From the NCBI GenBank assembly GCA_038227875.1, contig JBBRPR010000031.1, positions 1 through 64,000 on the forward strand: a stretch of DNA of 64,000 nt. Direction: 5' to 3'. Shown here in pieces: positions 22,628 through 31,767 of this stretch. The notes under the pieces were generated by a model. The model ran no database searches. It saw only the letters and a list, made by a program, of their open reading frames with translations, and had not been told where the DNA came from. The stretch comes from Planctomycetota bacterium (GTDB lineage Bacteria; Planctomycetota; SZUA-567; H5-PLA8). The translations under genes were made by a program, and so were the position numbers. Position 1 is the first letter of the stretch. Each line of letters begins with the position of its first letter.

Positions 22628-22744
22628 CTTCGAAGCTGCCCCTGTTTGCTGGCAAAGTAAGCGCACTTTGTAATTTCGGACTACCTCCTTTAAGATTCGC
22701 AACGAAACAAATGAATAGCCTCAGTCATTGAACGGAGACCATCC

Positions 22745-23830
22745 ATGTCCAAACGTGTTTTCAATTTCAGCGCCGGCCCCGCCATGCTTCCTCTGGAAGT
22801 GCTCGAAGCTTCCGCCAAGGCGCTGGTCGATTTTCAGGGCAAGGGTTTTGGCATCGCCGAAATCAGCCACCGCGGCAAGGAATTCGACGGCGTCCTCGAC
22901 GAAGCCATCGCCCGCTGCCGCTCGCTGATGGGCATTCCTGAAAACTACGACGTACTCTTCGTCCAGGGCGGCGCGACGCAGTTGTTCACCACGCTTCCCA
23001 TGAACTTCCTGCAAGGCTCTGCCGATTTCCTCGTCACCGGCGAGTGGGCCAAGAAGGCCGCCGAGGCCGCGAAGGCCTACGGCACCGCCAACGTCATCGC
23101 CTCCAGCGAAGCGACCGCCTTCGATCGCATCCCCACGGGCTGGAAGACCAACCCGGCGGCCAGCTACTTCCACATCTGCACCAACAACACGATCTACGGC
23201 ACGCGCCTGAGCACCATTCCGGATCACCCGTTTCTGTTCGCCGACATGAGCTCTGAAATCATGTCGCGCCCGGTCGACGTCAAAAAATACGCCGTGATCT
23301 ACGCCGGCGCGCAGAAGAATCTCGGTCCGTCCGGCGTGGTCCTGGCGATCATCCGCAAGGACCTCTACGCGCGCATTCCGAAAACGGTGCCCGGCATCTT
23401 CAATTTCCAGAAGCTGGCCGAAGCGAAGTCCTGCCTCAACACGCCGCCGACCTTCGGCATCTACATGCTGCTGGAAACCTTCCGCTGGCTCGAAAAACAA
23501 GGTGGCCTCGCCGCAGTCGAAAAGCGCAACGAAGAAAAAGCGAAGCTGATCTACGACGCCATCGACGGCACGCCGAATTTCTACAAAGGCACTGTCACCG
23601 ACATAGCCAACCGCAGCCGCATGAACATCACGTTCAAGCTGCCCTCCGATGAACTTACCGATCTGTTCATCAAGGAAGCCGACAAGCAGGGCATGATCGC
23701 GCTAAAAGGTTACCGCACCGTCGGCGGCATTCGCGCGAGCACCTATAACGCGATGCCCGTCGAAGGCGCCGCCGCCCTCGCCCAGCACATGAAAAAATTC
23801 GCCGAAGCCCACGCCGGCGCAGCGAAATGA
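22745..23830 (+). CDS. serC: 3-phosphoserine aminotransferase
   Basis: NFSAGPAMLP, EISHR, QGGAT, DMSS, YAGAQKNLGP (PLP lysine), NTPP, RSRMN, GGIRAS. Confidence 0.97.
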   Translation: MSKRVFNFSAGPAMLPLEVLEASAKALVDFQGKGFGIAEISHRGKEFDGVLDEAIARCRSLMGIPENYDVLFVQGGATQLFTTLPMNFLQGSADFLVTGEWAKKAAEAAKAYGTANVIASSEATAFDRIPTGWKTNPAASYFHICTNNTIYGTRLSTIPDHPFLFADMSSEIMSRPVDVKKYAVIYAGAQKNLGPSGVVLAIIRKDLYARIPKTVPGIFNFQKLAEAKSCLNTPPTFGIYMLLETFRWLEKQGGLAAVEKRNEEKAKLIYDAIDGTPNFYKGTVTDIANRSRMNITFKLPSDELTDLFIKEADKQGMIALKGYRTVGGIRASTYNAMPVEGAAALAQHMKKFAEAHAGAAK

Positions 23831-23857
23831 CCGAACAGACCGACTGAGGACTGAGAT

Positions 23858-23891
23858 AAAAGCGCGCCGCATTCAGCGGCGCGCTTTTTTT
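23858..23891 (+). terminator. intrinsic terminator after serC
   Basis: AAAAGCGCGCCGC-ATTCA-GCGGCGCGCTTTTTTT. Confidence 0.85.
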
Positions 23892-24092
23892 CGCATGGGG
23901 GCCCGCTACCCGCTCGAGTTTGTGAAAAGATCGAGCGACCAACCCGCGAGGGGTGGCCCGACTCCAGGACAGACGTACGCCTGCCGTGAAACTATCCGAC
24001 TTCGCAGCACGTAAGACAATCTTCGTAGATACCCTTTAGTTCCTGCCGACATCTGCCGATACCAGACCCGGAAAACTCCCCGAGGGCCTCCC

Positions 24093-25049
24093 GTGTCGTT
24101 CGACGCTCACATCGCTTCGTTCATCGAATACCTCGCCGTGGAGCGCGGATATTCCGAGCACACGCAGAGCGCGTACCGGCGCGATCTCGAATTTTTCGTC
24201 GGGCATTGTCTCCACCAGAAGATCACCGACATCCACGCCGTCGACATGGACATCGTCTCGACTTTCGCCTCCTATCTGACGCGCGAACAGGGTTATGCGT
24301 CGACGTCAGCCGCGCGCTCGCTGGCGGCCGTCCGTTCATTCCTCCATTTTCTAACCAGCGAAAATATCCTCAAGAAGGATCCCGGCGCGAACGTCGAGAC
24401 GCCCAAGCAGTGGCGTCGCCTACCGAACGTGCTCTCGCAACAGGACGCCGCGACGCTGACCGCCTCGCCGCTCGCGAAGACCGCCACCGCGTCGACCGTA
24501 CCGGCAAAGGCAGGCGAACCTGCCGAGCCCGGTGGTAATGGACCCATCGCGTTACGCGACGCAGCGATTCTCGAACTGCTCTACGCCACCGGCATGCGCG
24601 TGAGCGAACTGTGCAACCTCCCGCTCGACGGCTGCAACCTGGAGATGGGCGTCGTCCGCGCGACAGGCAAGGGCGAGAAAACCCGCCTGATCCCCGTCGG
24701 CCGCGCCGCACTCGCCGCCGTGCAGACGTACTTGACCCTCGTGCGCCCGAAACTTGTCGGCGCGCGCCGCGTCGCGACGCTCTTCGTCAGCAAGTCCGGC
24801 AAACCGATGGCGCGCGAAGATGTCTGGGCGCTGGTGAAACGCCACGGCCGCAACGCCGGTATCCGCGGCAAGTACAGCCCGCATACGCTCCGCCATTCAT
24901 TCGCCACGCATCTGCTCGAAGGCGGCGCCAATCTGCGCGCCGTCCAGGAAATGCTCGGCCACGCCGACATCGCCACGACGCAACTTTACACGCACGTCGA
25001 CGCCAAGCGCCTGCTCAGCATCCACAAACAATTCCATCCCCGCGGCTAA
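24093..25049 (+). CDS. xerD: site-specific tyrosine recombinase XerD
   Basis: ERGYSEHTQSAYRRDL, LYATGMRVSEL, GKGEKTR, SPHTLRHSFATHLL, LGHADIATTQLYTH, FHPRG C-terminus. Confidence 0.9.
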   Translation: MSFDAHIASFIEYLAVERGYSEHTQSAYRRDLEFFVGHCLHQKITDIHAVDMDIVSTFASYLTREQGYASTSAARSLAAVRSFLHFLTSENILKKDPGANVETPKQWRRLPNVLSQQDAATLTASPLAKTATASTVPAKAGEPAEPGGNGPIALRDAAILELLYATGMRVSELCNLPLDGCNLEMGVVRATGKGEKTRLIPVGRAALAAVQTYLTLVRPKLVGARRVATLFVSKSGKPMAREDVWALVKRHGRNAGIRGKYSPHTLRHSFATHLLEGGANLRAVQEMLGHADIATTQLYTHVDAKRLLSIHKQFHPRG

Positions 25050-25080
25050 ACGTTGTGCCACGGCGCGCAGTCTAAACTTT

Positions 25081-25134
25081 GTGCCATGGATGCGCGACAG
25101 TCTGAGCGTAGCGAAGACTGTCGTTCATTCGTGC
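25081..25134 (+). repeat. 54-nt structured repeat, copy 1
   Basis: GTGC-CATGGATG-CG-CGACAGTC-TGAGCGTAGCGAA-GACTGTCG-TT-CATTCGTG-C; homologous to 37414-37467. Confidence 0.85.
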
Positions 25135-25231
25135 ATGACGCTCCCCCTGACGGAGCAAGCGCCCGCGCAACCCTGTCACCCCTTCACCCGCGTGCGTTTT
25201 TTAATTTTGAATTTTAAATTTTGAATTGCCA

Positions 25232-25966
<735 letters not shown>

Positions 25967-26022
25967 GGCCGCGCAGTCTAATTCCATGCGCGGAGTCTGG
26001 CTAGCGCCGAGCGCTTCGGCGT

Positions 26023-26781
26023 TTACTTTTTCGCGGCTGTCGGTCCGAAACGGGGCGCGCCCTTTTCGGCGATCGGCTTGCCGTAGTTCCACGCCTCTTC
26101 CAGCGCGTCGTTCATCATGCGATGGCCGTCAGTGTTGGGATGAATACCATCGCCCCACGTGAAATTCGGTTTGCCCGCGTCCAGCCACGCCTTGAATTTC
26201 GAATAACAATCGGCGTAGATCACATTCTCATCCGCGGCAAGCTTCTTCATTTCGCCGGCCATGTCGCCCAGGATCGGCACGTACTTTTTCAGATCGTCGT
26301 TCACGGGATATGTCGACGGCGCGGTCAGAATCGTCACGGCGATGTTCGACTCCTTCAGCTTCTTGACGATCTTCCGCATGTTCACGACGTAATTCGCGCG
26401 GTCCTTGTAGCGGTCGTTCATACCGAAGCAGACCACGCACACGGTCGGATTCCATTTCTGGATCAATCCCGGCAGCCGGCTCACGCCGCCGCCGGCAATG
26501 TCGCCGCTCACGCCGCCGTTTACAAAGGTCAGCGTCGGCGCTTTGAACGCATCGTGATTGTACGGCGGAGGCGAACCGCCCAGCAGATCGGGGTACTTTT
26601 TGGCGATATCGTCGTAATACAACGCGTACATGTACTTCGATTCTTCCGTGATCGAATCGCCGAGGAACAGCACGACATCGCCCTTCTGCAGATAGAACGT
26701 GTCCGCGCCTTTCGCCGGTTCAGCCGCGAATCCCAATCGCGCCAACGCACAGACCAAAGCCAGCAAAATTGTCATTCGCAT
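26023..26781 (-). CDS. secreted SGNH/GDSL hydrolase
   Basis: Signal peptide; FLGDSIT; NGGVSGD; FGMND; DGIHPN. Confidence 0.92.
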   Translation of the reverse strand: MRMTILLALVCALARLGFAAEPAKGADTFYLQKGDVVLFLGDSITEESKYMYALYYDDIAKKYPDLLGGSPPPYNHDAFKAPTLTFVNGGVSGDIAGGGVSRLPGLIQKWNPTVCVVCFGMNDRYKDRANYVVNMRKIVKKLKESNIAVTILTAPSTYPVNDDLKKYVPILGDMAGEMKKLAADENVIYADCYSKFKAWLDAGKPNFTWGDGIHPNTDGHRMMNDALEEAWNYGKPIAEKGAPRFGPTAAKK

Positions 26782-26897
26782 CTTCGAGTTCCCCCGCGCC
26801 GTTCACCTGAAGCTACACCGAAACGGCGAGCCCCCACGGGCGGAAAACCGCATCCGCGCAGGTTGTATCACCAGCGATACGAGAAATGTGAGAACGA

Positions 26898-28835
26898 TCA
26901 GCGAACGTACGTGAATTCCGGCGAATTGAGCAGCGCCCAATAGACGTCGTCGATCCACGCACGCATTTTTCCCGCGTCGCTGCCGGCCGGCGCCACTTTG
27001 AAGAGCATCTCCAATTCCGCGGCGCTCGGTTCGCGCCCGATCGTGGAAAGGAATAACTCCGACGCAATCTGTTTGGGATTCAAATCCACCGAAACCAGCG
27101 TCCGAGCCAGCGGGCTGTTGCGAATCGCGTCGTTGATCGTGTGTCCGTTCATCAGCTCCAACGCCTGCGGAATCGATGACGCCTCTTCGCGCCACGTCGC
27201 CGTCTGTTCGCGGTCGGGCTGATTGAAGAGATTGAAGAACGACCCCGTCTGCGCCGGCACGCGAACTTCCGCGGCGAACTGCAGCGCGCCATTCTTCTTC
27301 GCATCGGGCTTTGCAGCGCGGCGCAACATCAGAGAGGATCCGTCCTCCGGTTTTTCGTCCTTCAAATACCCGTTCGCATCATCGACATGATTGTCATGCC
27401 CCGTCGCGACGAGAATCGAATCGAACGCCTCTTCCGCCGACATGCGTCGCACACGGTGATGCGAATACAGCGTCGAATCTCCGCGGTTGGCGTCCGTGGT
27501 CTGAGCGGAAAGTTGGTACGTGTTCGAATTCAAAATCAGTTTCAGGATGTGCTGGTTGTCGAACTTCGAGCGGATGAATTCGTCCGTCAAGTACTCCAGC
27601 AGCTCCGGATGCGTGGGCGGATTCTTCTCGCGGAAATCGTCGACGGGCATCACGATCCCCCGACCCATCAGCTGCGCCCACATGCGATTGACCTGCACGG
27701 CTGCAAACTGGCGCGATCCCGTCACGAACTCCGCCAGCGGCACGCGCCGCGAACCCTGGCCGTCCCAGCGCCGCGACGGATCCCACGCAAACACCGGCGC
27801 GATGACCTCGTCGCCCTTCCGTTTCTTGCTGATGCCGTCGCCTTCGTTCGGCAGCCGGTATTCGCCCTGCGTCCGTTCGACGATAATGCGCGTCTGGCTC
27901 TGATCGAACGCTCTGCGTACGGCGTCAACAGTATTCTTCGTCGAGCCCGACGCTTCAATCTCGCGCACGATGTCGCGGCGCGGCATCACCGGCTGGTCCT
28001 GCATCGCTCCCATGATCGGCAGCCGCTGATTGGGATGTTTGGCGTTCAGCACCTGCGAACGCAGCTCGCCCTTGTGCGCTTCCACGAAGTACTGCGCCAA
28101 GGCTTCGCGCGGAGCTTCCGCCAGATCGGGACGCGCCTCGACTTTCAGCAACCGCGCCACCGGATCGTCTTCGACCGCCGTGCGCACGAAAAACGCCATC
28201 AGTCCGTGAAAATCGTCCTGCGTCCACCTGTCGAACGGATGATCGTGGCACTGCGCGCAGGCCATGCGCGTGCCCATGAACACCGTCGAGACCGTGTTCA
28301 CCTGCTCGACATGGTTGCCCTGGTCGCGGAGGTAAAAAACCGTCGCCGGGTTGTCGTCGGTGTTGCCGCTCGCCGCGATCAGCCGCCGCGTGAACTCGTC
28401 GTACGGCATGTTCCGCGCGAGCGCCTGGCGCATCCACGCGTGGTAGGCCGGCGAATTGGAATTGTCGCGCAGCAGATCGCTCCACATCACCTGCCAGTGC
28501 TCCGCGTAACGCGGACTTTGCAGCAGCGCATCGATCAGCTTCGCGCGCTTGTCCTCACGCTTGTCGGCCGCGAACTGTTTCACCTGCTGAGCCGTCGGCA
28601 CCACGCCGCAGATATCGACGTACACGCGCCGCGCAAACTCGCCGTCGGTGCACAGTCCGGACGGCGCGATCTTCTCCGCACGTAGACGTTGCAACACAAA
28701 TCCGTCGATCGGATTGCGGATTGGAAAATCAGGAGAGGCGGAAGGTTCGGCGAGTACCGGCGCGCTGCTCAAACGCGAAAAAACCACCGCCGCGGCGATC
28801 GCAACAATCAGAACCAACCCCAGCGCGCGCCGCAT
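26898..28835 (-). CDS. DUF1549/DUF1553 (PSD1-type) secreted protein
   Basis: NPIDGFV, FARRVYVDICG, CAQCHDHPFDRW, VNRMWAQLMGRGIV.PVDD, NPPTHPELL, ALLNSPEF. Confidence 0.9.
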   Translation of the reverse strand: MRRALGLVLIVAIAAAVVFSRLSSAPVLAEPSASPDFPIRNPIDGFVLQRLRAEKIAPSGLCTDGEFARRVYVDICGVVPTAQQVKQFAADKREDKRAKLIDALLQSPRYAEHWQVMWSDLLRDNSNSPAYHAWMRQALARNMPYDEFTRRLIAASGNTDDNPATVFYLRDQGNHVEQVNTVSTVFMGTRMACAQCHDHPFDRWTQDDFHGLMAFFVRTAVEDDPVARLLKVEARPDLAEAPREALAQYFVEAHKGELRSQVLNAKHPNQRLPIMGAMQDQPVMPRRDIVREIEASGSTKNTVDAVRRAFDQSQTRIIVERTQGEYRLPNEGDGISKKRKGDEVIAPVFAWDPSRRWDGQGSRRVPLAEFVTGSRQFAAVQVNRMWAQLMGRGIVMPVDDFREKNPPTHPELLEYLTDEFIRSKFDNQHILKLILNSNTYQLSAQTTDANRGDSTLYSHHRVRRMSAEEAFDSILVATGHDNHVDDANGYLKDEKPEDGSSLMLRRAAKPDAKKNGALQFAAEVRVPAQTGSFFNLFNQPDREQTATWREEASSIPQALELMNGHTINDAIRNSPLARTLVSVDLNPKQIASELFLSTIGREPSAAELEMLFKVAPAGSDAGKMRAWIDDVYWALLNSPEFTYVR

Positions 28836-29119
28836 GCGAAACCCCCACTTCGTTCACTACTACTACACTATACCTACGACGTGAATTTTCGTTGATTCGC
28901 TGCCAATCGCTTCGAACAACGCGGTTGACGGAGTGGATGCCACTCGACGCCCCCCGGAAATCATGTCCCAATCTGACTACAACTGATTTCATTTTTAAAA
29001 ATATTAAATCTATAGGATTGATTCTGGTGTATATCAAGTACGATGTTCAGACTGAGTCAGATGGGGTCAGCGCTTAAGATCCCGGTGCTTCGCTCAAAGC
29101 TCGCCACAAGGAGATCGCT

Positions 29120-31727
29120 ATGATTCACCGAGGGCACTGGATTCCAGCCTTACTCTTCAGCGTTGCAATCGCGGCGGTGGCCGCCGAGACCCCGACACCC
29201 GTCGCGTTCACGCAGAAGCCGTCCGTCAAGCAGAACAGCGGCAAGTCCCTGGTGGAGTTCGCCGTCGCGTCGAAGACCGACGTGGAAATCGCCATCCTCG
29301 ACGCCAAGGGAGAGGTCGTGAGACATCTCGCGGCAGGCCTGGTGGGCGGCGAAGTTCCTCCTCCGGCCCCGCTCAAGGCGGGTTTGGCGCAGAGTCTTGA
29401 ATGGGATGGCACCGACGATTACGGCCAGCCCGCCACTGGCGCCAACGTCCGCATCAGATGCGGCATGGGCGTAAAGCTGGAGACCATCGTCGGCGGAGAT
29501 CCGTACGCCTTCTGGTCCACCCAGAGCGCAATGTGCCAGGATCACGCCGAATGGAAGATGACCGGAATCGAGGTGAAGTCTGACGGCCAGGTGTACGTCG
29601 TCGGCACCCAGACTTCCTTCGGTTCGCCGACACTCCGCGCCTACGACGCCCACGGCAATTACGTGCGCACCGTCTTCCCGCCCCCGGCCGACAAACCCGT
29701 CGAAGAGATGAAGGGATGGAATGTCAACGTGCGTAGCGACGGCACCTGGTCGCTGCCCACCAGCTACGCCGGCTGCAAGGTCTCCAATTGGGGCCTGATG
29801 GCCGGCGGCGTCGACTGGGGCCGCACCACCGTCGCGCGCTTCATTCCCTCGACGGAAACCAACACGCTGCATCTGGCCGATGGTAACCAGGAGATGACCA
29901 TCGGCACCGATGGTTCGCAGCGCCAGTTCGCTCCCACGCCCGTGCTTAAGGGCGAACCGTTGCCGAAGACGGGCCTCACGTTCAATTCTCACTACGAGGC
30001 GCTCGCGCCCGACGGGAAGAGCTTCTTCCTCAGCGGCATCGGCACTCTGGCGCCGGGCTTCTGGCGTGATGGTCAGGTCTGGAAGGTGGACCTCGCCACC
30101 CGCGTGCCGACGCCCTTTTATGGACTGAAAGACGAAGACCTCAAAGATCGCACCCCGTCCGGACACGCCAACGGTACGCCCTTCGCCGCGTTCCATGGCG
30201 TCGCCGTGGATTCCGAAGGACGGGTCTTTATCGCCGATCGCCAGTCCAAACGCATTGCGATCGTGGGACCCGATGGCAAATTGATCCGCTCCCTGCCCGT
30301 GGAATACCCCGATGCCGTTGCGGTGAACCCCAAGTCGAAGGCCGTCTACGTCACCACGCGTCTGACCAGCTGGCAGCAGGGCGCCTTCCTGCGCCTGGTC
30401 AAGTTCAACGACTGGTCCAAGGATGAGGCACCCGCGGCAACGGTTCCGCTCCTCGGCGCCGAGATCCATCTGTACGGTGGACCCTCGCGCCTCGCCGTGG
30501 TTCAGGACAAGGACGAGACTCTCATCTGGGTCGCACACACGTACCTGCCGGTGCGTGTGTACAAAGATAGCGGAGCGGGACTGGAGCTGGTGAAGGACTT
30601 CTACCAGTCCGGTCCGAAGCAGCGCGCCCTGGACATGCAGGCGATGGAGGTGGACAGAAAGACCGGCGATGCCTATATCGCCGACACACAGAGCTTCCTG
30701 TTCCGGATTCGAGATTGGAAAAATCCCGTCTTCGAACCCTGCCTGGTCGACGCCAACACCCGGATCAAGTCCGGGAAGCATCGCTATCGATTCCCGCAGC
30801 CGCCAGCTCTACACCAAGTCTCACTACGCCCAGCCCATTCGCCGCTGGAAAATGGACGGCGAGTTTTTTACCCCGCTCAACAACGACGGCTCATCGGTCG
30901 TAAAGAGACAAACCAGCGGCTCCGACGAGTTCTGCTCTCCCGGCGACAATCCTGTGTTTAAGACCACCAAGAAGGATGCAGACTTCCTCAACGGCGTCAT
31001 CACACCCATCACCTGCTCCTGGGTTTTCACCGGCCTCTGGGAGCGGGGCATGGCTGCCTGCCCGGCCGGTGCGGCGACGCTCGGCGTGGTGATGGAGAAC
31101 GGCGCCCGCATCGACGATTACAGCGGCCCGATCACTTATTTTCATCCCGACAAGCAGGTGCCGTGGCCGGGCCTCCACTTCGCTTATCCCGGTCCGCAAC
31201 CCGCCACCGGCGGCATCCGTTTCGATCCGCGCGGCAATCTCTATGTCGGCATTTCCGATGGCAAGGCCTTCGACATCGCTCCCGGCTTCGAAAAGGATCG
31301 GGACTTCGCCAAGCTTGCCCGCATCTGCAAATTCGCACCCACCGGCAGCATGCAGAGCGGCAACCTCTTCCCCACCGAACCTGCGGCGCCGGCTAAGGTC
31401 TATGCGGTTCATTTCGGCCCGGTCGTGACCCCCACACGTTTCGGCGTGGATGAATACGGCCGGATCTACTACCCGAACGCCGTCGAGAAATCCGTCGGCG
31501 TCATCGACAACGAGGGCAACAAAGTCCTTTCCTTCGGCACCTACGGCAACCGCGATTCCATGGGTGGATTGCCCGGCGATCTCGTCCCGACCAAGGACGT
31601 CCCCATGGCCTGGCCGGCCAGTGTCGACGCGACCGACGACTACATCTACGTCTCCGACCGCCAGAACGTGCGGCTGATGCGGCTGGCCAAGACCTTCGCG
31701 ACCTCTGAAACACTCCCGATCAAGTGA
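29120..31727 (+). pseudogene. secreted FlgD-like/NHL beta-propeller protein, split by a +1 frameshift at about 30770-30778; paralog of the next gene
   Basis: ORFs 29120-30961 and 30669-31727 together align end to end with 31768-34353. Removing one base from aagtccgggaagcatc gives KSGSIAID. Confidence 0.85.
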
Positions 31728-31767
31728 TCGTTCTGCCAAAGATCGTTCTCAATGGAAAGGTGCTGCC

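Noticed and set aside
23895..24090. Possible structured RNA or riboswitch upstream of xerD
   Set aside because: A few hairpins can be drawn (CGCTCGA/TCGAGCG), but no recognisable family motif or second copy supports it.
24093..25049. Second tyrosine recombinase as a mobile-element integrase
   Set aside because: Size, motifs and housekeeping context fit chromosomal XerD, and no att site or cargo is nearby.
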